From the NCBI GenBank assembly GCA_937901475.1, contig CALGTL010000020.1, forward strand, positions 1 through 56,886: a stretch of DNA of 56,886 bases, read 5' to 3'. Of this stretch, positions 50,104-56,886 are shown in pieces. Every line of letters starts with the position of its first letter. The first letter of the stretch is position 1. Position numbers and translations under genes: made by a program. The notes under the pieces are model-generated. The model searched no databases. It was given only the letters and a program-made list of their open reading frames with translations, and was not told where the DNA came from. The DNA comes from an uncultured Dehalococcoidia bacterium. GTDB taxonomy: Bacteria > Chloroflexota > Dehalococcoidia > Lucifugimonadales > Australimonadaceae.

Positions 50104-50132
50104 TTGCAACGCGCTACAAGGTGATGTAGTAT
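50104..50132 (+). promoter_or_regulatory. Putative rho promoter
   Basis: TTGCAA-17 nt-TAGTAT. Confidence 0.55.
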
Positions 50133-50424
50133 GGTTTGGCTGCGTTCGAGCAGCTGTTCCCCTTCTTTATGTTCGTTTCCATTGTTTCAGTAGATTGGCT
50201 GCCGCCATGTTATTCATGGCTATTCTCTCGGCCATTATCTTTTTTATTTGTACCTACGACTAAGCACGGCAACTAAAGAGCATTGAGCGCCTTACGCCTA
50301 CCTCTGACTGTCAATTTACTTCACTGCAGCGACTGCGTTATGCCGTCGCTGGTTACCCTCCCCACATTTTTGCAGCTGCAATAAAGACGCGTAAGTCGCC
50401 ACTCGGCGCAATCCCGGAGACCCT

Positions 50425-51696
50425 ATGAACCTGTCCGAACTTGAGTCAAAGACCACTGAAGACCTAGTTGTGATCCTAAGAGAGCTCGAGCAGAGCGAGG
50501 TTCCAATCCCTTCGAACATCCTGCGGGATGATGCGCTGTACCGAGTATTGACTGCCGTCGCAGCCAACCAGGGGTACCTACTGGCATCAGGGATTCTCGA
50601 ACTGATGCCAGACGGCTATGGATTCCTTCGTCATAACGGGCGCCGCCGTGGTCAGTCGGACGTGTATGTCGCGCAATCTCAGGTACGTAGGTTCAATTTG
50701 CGGACCGGGGATATGGTGTTAGGGCAGGTAGGTGTCCCTAAGGAGACGGAGCGCTATCAAGGCCTGACTCGTGTCCAGGCAATCAATGGGGCTGACCCTG
50801 GCAACCGGCCACGCCGCAGAGCATTCGAGCACGTGACTCCAATCTTCCCCGAAGAGCAAATCAAACTCGAGACCGACACTAAAGAGATGGCGACACGGAT
50901 GATTGACTTGCTGTCGCCGATAGGCCGCGGTCAACGTGGGCTTATCGTGGCGCCACCCAAAGCCGGTAAGACGACACTACTGAAGCAAATCGCGACAGGG
51001 ATATCGGCCAATTACAAAGACTTGCATCTTTTGGTCGCGCTCATCGGTGAGCGCCCAGAGGAAGTGACGGATGTCAAGCGTTCAGTGCAGGGGGAGGTGT
51101 ACAGCTCGACGTTCGATGAACCAGTGGAAGACCACTGCCGCGTTGCCGAGCTTTGCCTGGAACGGGCTAAGCGCTTGGTTGAGGAAGGGCGGGATGTCGT
51201 CATCCTGCTAGATTCAATCACTCGCCTAACGCGAGCGTACAACTTGGCAGTGCCGAGTTCAGGGCGAACACTGTCCGGTGGTATGGATCCAGTTGCGCTG
51301 TATCCGCCCAAACGTTTCTTCGGGGCTGCGCGTAACGTTGAAGAAGGCGGTAGTTTGACGATTTTGGCAGCGTGCTTGGTAGACACTGGTAGCCGCATGG
51401 ATGATGTGGTGTACGAGGAGTTCAAGGGCACGGGCAATATGGAACTGCACCTCGACCGCAAGCTTGCGGAAAGGCGAACCTTCCCTTCTATTGATATTCA
51501 ACGATCTGGTACTCGTCGTGAGGAGCTCCTGCTAGATGAGCTGACGCTGCGACAGGTGTTCTTGCTGCGCCGTATGAGCACGATGATTGCGACGGATGCC
51601 ATGAACCCATTCGAGGCAACGGAACGTTTGATCGACAGGTTGAGTCGTACTAAGAACAACGATGAGTTCCTATCGACGCTTACCAAGGAGATGTAA
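50425..51696 (+). CDS. rho: Transcription termination factor Rho
   Basis: [66 protein letters not shown]. Confidence 0.98.
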   Translation: MNLSELESKTTEDLVVILRELEQSEVPIPSNILRDDALYRVLTAVAANQGYLLASGILELMPDGYGFLRHNGRRRGQSDVYVAQSQVRRFNLRTGDMVLGQVGVPKETERYQGLTRVQAINGADPGNRPRRRAFEHVTPIFPEEQIKLETDTKEMATRMIDLLSPIGRGQRGLIVAPPKAGKTTLLKQIATGISANYKDLHLLVALIGERPEEVTDVKRSVQGEVYSSTFDEPVEDHCRVAELCLERAKRLVEEGRDVVILLDSITRLTRAYNLAVPSSGRTLSGGMDPVALYPPKRFFGAARNVEEGGSLTILAACLVDTGSRMDDVVYEEFKGTGNMELHLDRKLAERRTFPSIDIQRSGTRREELLLDELTLRQVFLLRRMSTMIATDAMNPFEATERLIDRLSRTKNNDEFLSTLTKEM

Positions 51697-51866
51697 TCGG
51701 CCGTATACATGCGACCGATTGTGCTTCTTGTGACATGCTCTACAGTGGTAAGTCATTGTGAAGTAATGATGCTGCTTCCTCCTGTAGTCGAACCTGAAAA
51801 TGAAGCCCAGGTGGTTGATTTCGCCATGACCGGGCAAAGTGGACCAAAGAGGCCTGGAATAAGTCA

Positions 51867-51895
51867 TTGACAGGCACCTCTCCTAACTCTATATT
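51867..51895 (+). promoter_or_regulatory. Near-consensus sigma70 promoter upstream of the large surface-protein gene
   Basis: TTGACA-17 nt-TATATT. Confidence 0.75.
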
Positions 51896-51899
51896 CGCT

Positions 51900-52280
51900 C
51901 TCAACCTAAGCGCGAGACATAAGCGCGTCGAGCTGAAAGCCCGCGGTACTGCAGTGCAACGGGGTAAAGCTCTTGGGGGCGGTGAAGATACGCCATCAGG
52001 TATTGGGCTTGCTGGCAAACTAAGCAGAGTAGGGCGAGTCGTGAAAAATGACCGTTCTTCGCCTTGGTTGTTGGTTGACAGCGACCTTGGAAAACTGATA
52101 AAAAGTTCATCGGACTTCGGGCCGAGGGTTTTTGCGTGGATTGCGTATGCAGGCACGGAAGCGACCCGAGACCCTACAAAATATCCTATTCTGTCGCAAC
52201 ACTCTTGAAGTGGGCGGCTGTAAGGAAACGGTTAGATTCTGTTCTGTTAGAACACCCAAGGCTCCAGTAAGGGGGTAGAC
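51900..52280 (+). ncRNA. Long structured 5' leader or candidate ncRNA
   Basis: About 380 nt between the promoter and the GTG, with many stems visible by eye (see finding). Confidence 0.4.
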
Positions 52281-55022
52281 GTGAGACTCTCCAGGTTCTC
52301 GATCATAGGAATAATGGTGGCACTGCTCTTAACAGCAGTTGCAGTCATGCCTGCACTTGGTGCAGTTACAGGCGCCATCACGGTAGATAAAACCTTCGTT
52401 GCGCCGTCAGGCACAGTGACGGTTTCGGTTACGGACGCTGATCTAAATGTGACGACAGCGGCCACTAACTACATCGACGGCGGTATATGGGATTCTTCAG
52501 GAAAGGTTGTTTTCCTGAACCTGAAGGACTCGTGGAACCAAACTGGCGCCGATTTCGGTTCCAGTACAACCGCCGCTGGTGACGAGGTCACAGCCCCAGT
52601 GCTGGTGGCTCGTAACCTTAACGGTGGTTACACCAACGTTCTCTCCGACTTCAGCGTCTCTGTTTTCGACGCTGACCTCGGTAAGATTCGTGTTGAGTTT
52701 GGTGGTGCTTCAGGGACACAGGTCACCCAGAGCATGACTTTCTCTTACAAGATTGCAGGGAAAGAGACGGCTACTGTGACCATCACTAGCCCCTCAGACG
52801 CAACTGGTATCACGGTATCCCTCGCAGAAACTGGTGCAAGCACTGGTAAATACTCGGGGACATTCGATGTCACCGGTGGTCCTGCGGTTGCAAGTAACCA
52901 AGCAGAAGGTAACATTCTTGCGGTTGCTGGCCAGGACGTCACAATCAAGTACACAGATGCCAGTCCTTCAGTGAACACCACTAAGACTGTGCGTGTAGAG
53001 TCCAATAAGCCTGTCGGCTCGTTGGTCTCACCTGCTAACAAGTCGACAACGACTTCGTTGACACCCAAGTTGAAGGTTGAATTCACAGATTTGGATGCCA
53101 AGGTCAACAATGGCACCTTTGCATTCGTGATCGCAGAAGCAACCAAGACGGGTAACGTTGCAGCAGCCATTACGGTGGGAACTGCGACTACAAAGGCAAT
53201 TACCAACGGTTACAGCGCGGAGGTTACGATCGACGCCTCAGCCCACACCGGCGAGACCATTTCCATTGATTGGTATGCGACCGTCGACGACAAGGCTGGA
53301 AACACCGGTCAGACAGATGCTGACGCAACGGTAACTGGAAACCAGAACTACAAGCTAATCATTGATAAGCAGGCACCGAACTTCACTGGTGCAACATTCA
53401 GTGCTGGAGCTTGGTGGAACGCTGAGACCTCCAAGGCGGAGACCGACGTAACTAAGTCGATACCGACCAGTATCGGTATCAAGATGCCGTTGGCTTTGGA
53501 CCTGAACACCTCTACTGACGACATCAAAGAGTCATTGGTGCCAGGGACGGTCACAGTCGCAGACTTCGAAATTGATTCACTGAAGAAGGCAAATGGCGCT
53601 GGCACTGTCAACGACATCGCCCCGACAGCAGTGAATGTCTACGCTGCTGCGCCTGAGTGGATTTTCTTGACCGTGCCAGCAATGGCCCCGGACGCGGCTC
53701 CTAAGGTTTCACTTAAGAGCACCTCTGGTGGACTTAGCGATGCAGCGGGTAACGCTACTTCCGCAGCGGTTACTAACAAAGTAATCACGGACAGGCAGGC
53801 GCCCACGGTTACATACGCCCTGAACAGGACGTTGAACAAGAAAGACTTCACCCTAACCATCACGACCAACGAGGCCGGTGGTGTTCCGGTTGTGACGATT
53901 GAGTCTGCTAGCTCGGTTAGCGCCTCTCCAATCTCCCAGTCGGTAACGTTGGCAGGTACCAACATCTACGAATCGAAGATTGCACCCACCTTTGGAATGC
54001 ACTCGGTCAAGATCACGGTAACTGACACGGCAAGCAACGAGACTATTCTTGGTGGCGTAGGCCCGAAGACAGACTGGGCTACGGCATCAGGGGCTATCGG
54101 GCTCTACATGGACGACAACGTTCCTGCACCTACAGTGACAGTGAATGGTGTAACGGCATCAGGAGCGAGCGTTGAGGCTTCCGAGCCCTTCTTCATCACT
54201 GCAGCATTCACTGGAGAAAAGAAGGAATACGGTCTTACTACTGGTGGCACGGTTACGGCCGATGCTGCAGCTGTAGTGACTGACCTCGACACACAGAACA
54301 CGGTTACGCTTGCGACTGCCACGCTAGATGGCGTGGACATCCTCACTTCACAGGACACGCAAGACAACTCAACGTTCACCTTCGCGATGGCCAATGTCGC
54401 TAAGGGTGCTCACAAGTTAGTGCTAGCCGCTAAAGACGAGGCTGGTAACGCAGTCACGACTGGTACGATCAACTTCACAGTCACCGCTCGTAAGGCCTAC
54501 AGTGTGGCCATGAGCGCTGGTTGGAACTTGATTTCCCTCCCCGGAACTCCGGTGGATGGAGCAATTGGATCAGTACTAAGCGCAACCCACCCAGCAACGG
54601 ATGTGCTTAGCTACGACGACGGAGTTTGGTCAGTCGCTTCCCGAGTAGCGGGCGGCGTATGGGAAGGCACATTGACGACCATTGACGGTAACCACGGTTA
54701 CTGGGTCAACACTAGTTCTTCCGCACCGGTGACCAGCCTCCTGTCGCTCACAAGCGTTGGTTCAGCAGCAACACTGCCGACCATCGCGATTGAGCCCGGT
54801 TGGAACTTGGTATCGGTGATTGACCTTGCGCAAACGAAGCAAGGCGATGCTGCTGCTACTAAGACTGGAGCTGTCTACTTCACGAGCGTGTCGTGGTCCG
54901 TGGCTTACAGCTACGATGCTACGACCAGGGCGTGGACGAGAGTGACCTCAACATCCGGTAACGTCAGTAACGGTACTGGAGTCTGGGTCTGGGCCACAAA
55001 GGCTGGCACGCTGATCCCGTAA
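52281..55022 (+). CDS. Large secreted Thr/Ala/Val/Gly-rich beta-sandwich protein; S-layer/major surface protein candidate
   Basis: Sec signal peptide (MRLSRFSIIGIMVALLLTAVAVMPALG), no Cys seen, repeated D.AGN motifs and two C-terminal GWNL(I/V)S...G(Y/V)WV repeats. It has its own promoter and terminator. Confidence 0.75.
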   Translation: MRLSRFSIIGIMVALLLTAVAVMPALGAVTGAITVDKTFVAPSGTVTVSVTDADLNVTTAATNYIDGGIWDSSGKVVFLNLKDSWNQTGADFGSSTTAAGDEVTAPVLVARNLNGGYTNVLSDFSVSVFDADLGKIRVEFGGASGTQVTQSMTFSYKIAGKETATVTITSPSDATGITVSLAETGASTGKYSGTFDVTGGPAVASNQAEGNILAVAGQDVTIKYTDASPSVNTTKTVRVESNKPVGSLVSPANKSTTTSLTPKLKVEFTDLDAKVNNGTFAFVIAEATKTGNVAAAITVGTATTKAITNGYSAEVTIDASAHTGETISIDWYATVDDKAGNTGQTDADATVTGNQNYKLIIDKQAPNFTGATFSAGAWWNAETSKAETDVTKSIPTSIGIKMPLALDLNTSTDDIKESLVPGTVTVADFEIDSLKKANGAGTVNDIAPTAVNVYAAAPEWIFLTVPAMAPDAAPKVSLKSTSGGLSDAAGNATSAAVTNKVITDRQAPTVTYALNRTLNKKDFTLTITTNEAGGVPVVTIESASSVSASPISQSVTLAGTNIYESKIAPTFGMHSVKITVTDTASNETILGGVGPKTDWATASGAIGLYMDDNVPAPTVTVNGVTASGASVEASEPFFITAAFTGEKKEYGLTTGGTVTADAAAVVTDLDTQNTVTLATATLDGVDILTSQDTQDNSTFTFAMANVAKGAHKLVLAAKDEAGNAVTTGTINFTVTARKAYSVAMSAGWNLISLPGTPVDGAIGSVLSATHPATDVLSYDDGVWSVASRVAGGVWEGTLTTIDGNHGYWVNTSSSAPVTSLLSLTSVGSAATLPTIAIEPGWNLVSVIDLAQTKQGDAAATKTGAVYFTSVSWSVAYSYDATTRAWTRVTSTSGNVSNGTGVWVWATKAGTLIP

Positions 55023-55058
55023 GGGTGAAGCAAAGCTAGGACCTCCTTACGGAGCTGA

Positions 55059-55097
55059 AAGTTGCCCTCCCCACTCACGGGGAGGGCAACTTGTTTT
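55059..55097 (+). terminator. Intrinsic terminator after the surface-protein gene
   Basis: aagttgccctcccc-actcac-ggggagggcaactt followed by gtttt. Confidence 0.85.
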
Positions 55098-55121
55098 AAC
55101 TAGCGAAACAAATATGGAAGT

Positions 55122-55649
55122 GTGGCGATGATGGAGCAGATGATGAATAGCTCGACGCTTCGGTCTGGGGCAGCAGCACTAATACTCACCCTGATAACAA
55201 CGATATTGTTTATCTCACCGGTCAGAGCACAGGACCCGGGGTTTCCACCGTGGCCGATTATCATGAGCGGAACAGTGACACTTGATGATGAGGCATTGGA
55301 ACAAGGCAGCCTCACCGCAAAGATTGGGGACTGGACAAGCGCTGAAGTGCCGGTTGTCAAAGGAGTATTCAACTGCACGGACCCGTGCCTCATACTTGGC
55401 CCGCCGTCGTTTGACTACATAGGGTCAGATGTCAGCTTTCACCTCAGCGGAATAAACAAAGCTGCTGAACTTAGCTTTGAATTCCCAAACCTAGCTGCTC
55501 CCGAACGCCGCAGGGTGACTGTTGAATTCACCACGGGAATTGCTTTGGGGCCGATTTGGATTGGGCTGACTGCTCTGTTGGCGTTGGCTATTGGAGTTAC
55601 CGTGCTCGCACTGATGTTTAGGCGAGAGCCGGGAAACACGGCTTCCTAA
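55122..55649 (+). CDS. Hypothetical exported protein with a C-terminal membrane anchor
   Basis: Signal peptide ending ISPVRA-Q, small beta-rich domain, C-terminal TM helix followed by RR. Exact start uncertain (55122-55143). Confidence 0.7.
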   Translation: MAMMEQMMNSSTLRSGAAALILTLITTILFISPVRAQDPGFPPWPIIMSGTVTLDDEALEQGSLTAKIGDWTSAEVPVVKGVFNCTDPCLILGPPSFDYIGSDVSFHLSGINKAAELSFEFPNLAAPERRRVTVEFTTGIALGPIWIGLTALLALAIGVTVLALMFRREPGNTAS

Positions 55650-55700
55650 ACCAGAGGTATTAGCTCCGGTGGGCTTCATAAAGGCATGCGTTACAAAGGA

Positions 55701-55729
55701 AATGCCCCTTATTACCGATAAGGGGCATT
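55701..55729. terminator. Hairpin between convergent genes
   Basis: aatgccccttat-taccg-ataaggggcatt, a perfect 12-bp stem. Confidence 0.7.
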
Positions 55730-55770
55730 CGTGCATGTCTTTTGAACGCGCTGGCTGGAATATTTTGGAA

Positions 55771-56427
55771 TTACATCAAAACGCTAGCGGGAGCCAGTAC
55801 GGTGACCGATGATTCTTCGGGAAGATTGGCGCGAGTGATTGTAGTGCGATTCGGGGAACCCTCTGGGGTAACGCCTAGGCCTTTTAGAAACGGCGCCAGC
55901 TCTCTAAGCTCCGCGCTGTTTCCAGAGTGAGCGTAGAGCACGGGAATAACAACCTTAGGCGAAATTGCATTGACCATTTCAACAGAATCTTCAGTTGATA
56001 AGCCGACTTTACTGCCAACCGGCAAAATCAATACATGAGGAGAACCTAAGTCTTCGATCTCCCGGTTGGTGAGGAGCCTCCCCGGATTGCCGAGATGGCT
56101 CACAATCATTCCTTCCAATTCGATGGAGTAGACGGTGTTCCAGGCGATTTCCCCGCCTTCCGCGAATGCAGGAGTACGAGTGCCTTTGATGCGAAAATTG
56201 GAAGCTTCGTACTCACCGGGCCCATTGATAAGAGTGGGTGGTTGGTCGCCGCTAATGGTGCTGGTGGCAGAGAAATCAGGGTCCTCGCCGCTGACTGTGA
56301 CTACATTCGCCTGCGCCAACTGAGGGGGGACTTTGAGTCCTGATGCGTCGGAGTAGGGATCCATAATGAGCACGGATTGCCCACTCTTAATTCGAACTGC
56401 GTTGTGGCCTAGCCAGGTTATTTCCAT
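55771..56427 (-). CDS. MBL-fold (Lactamase_B_3-like) protein with degenerate metal ligands
   Basis: MEITWLGH, DPY, INGPGEYE, HLG, LILPVG, PKVVIP; SD gagga before ATG 56427. Confidence 0.8.
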   Translation of the reverse strand: MEITWLGHNAVRIKSGQSVLIMDPYSDASGLKVPPQLAQANVVTVSGEDPDFSATSTISGDQPPTLINGPGEYEASNFRIKGTRTPAFAEGGEIAWNTVYSIELEGMIVSHLGNPGRLLTNREIEDLGSPHVLILPVGSKVGLSTEDSVEMVNAISPKVVIPVLYAHSGNSAELRELAPFLKGLGVTPEGSPNRTTITRANLPEESSVTVLAPASVLM

Positions 56428-56443
56428 AGTGTTGTCCTCATTC

Positions 56444-56886
56444 TTACTTGCGCCCGAATAGGGCCCACGCGCCCGGGAGGGCAACGGTGGCGATGTAAAG
56501 CTTTATCAAATCCCCTACCACGAACGGGTAGAAACCTGCGACAAGAGTCTTATCTAATGTGTTGTTACCAGGGATGACTGCAGCAAGTTCAAACCCGAGA
56601 GTGCTGTCTAGGAAACCATTACCAATGGCGAACCCGAGCCAGAGGAGGCCGGGCACGTAGATAAGAAGGCTTCCAATGAGCATCGCAAGAGTGACATTCC
56701 ACTTGCGATCCCACCCACGCTCGGCCAGCTTACCTACGACGTAGGCCGCTGCGATGAAACCGACGATATAGCCGCCACTGGTAATGCTCCAAACCGCGGT
56801 GCCAGTACCTTCCCATGGGAAAATAAAATGAATGAGCTCGCCTGAAAGAGACGCAGTCGAAGGCGCGAATGCCGGTACCCCAATGC
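56444..56886 (-). CDS. bioY: BioY biotin transporter (5' end outside the window)
   Basis: Manual translation: SGGYIVGFIAAAYVVGKLAERGWDR...MLIGSLLIYVPGLLWL...PFVVGDLIK. Confidence 0.88.
   Translation of the reverse strand, partial: IGVPAFAPSTASLSGELIHFIFPWEGTGTAVWSITSGGYIVGFIAAAYVVGKLAERGWDRKWNVTLAMLIGSLLIYVPGLLWLGFAIGNGFLDSTLGFELAAVIPGNNTLDKTLVAGFYPFVVGDLIKLYIATVALPGAWALFGRK

Noticed and set aside
51740-52208. ORFs of 138, 113 and 69 aa upstream of the surface-protein gene
   Set aside because: The 113-aa ORF starts inside the -35 box. None has an SD or recognisable motif; the region is better explained as a leader.
52745-54394. Several long antisense ORFs within the surface-protein gene (and similar ones across the window)
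   Set aside because: These are shadow frames produced by codon bias in the real genes.

Overview
A 56.9-kb, gene-dense piece of bacterial core chromosome. The gene mix suggests Chloroflexota/Dehalococcoidia, possibly SAR202-like (inference only): GuaB3, PAC2, a pan-motif leader, several SDR/CaiB/CMD catabolic paralogs and a large Ig-like surface protein. I found no rRNA, tRNA, CRISPR array, transposase, integrase or prophage. In order, it contains: thyX (partial); E2-korB-korA-lpdA; SDR, HPP and MhpD-like genes; an RlmD-Maf fusion with tatB/tatC/MFS; tatA; holA; ilvD; rmuC; M24 and DUF885 peptidases; a CaiB CoA-transferase with EamA; an XdhC/MocA cluster; thrS; a lone SF2 helicase; gpsA; hrcA-dnaJ-prmA with a CIRCE; guaB3; a pantothenate operon; pyrG; rho; a candidate S-layer gene; a degenerate MBL-fold gene; and bioY (partial). 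Best candidates for new biology: (1) A pan-RNA-led operon (P1 hydrolase-panG-panB-panC) with no panD, headed by a ThnT/DmpA-like hydrolase that appears to start at a non-canonical AUC codon. (2) An m5U RNA methyltransferase fused to a Maf nucleotide-sanitising pyrophosphatase. (3) E3 and E2 genes flanking a 2-oxoacid:ferredoxin oxidoreductase where E1 would normally be. (4) Unannotated leaders: a roughly 380-nt structured leader on the S-layer candidate, and attenuator-like leaders on thrS and pyrG. All family calls come from reading motifs by eye; no database search or folding program was run.
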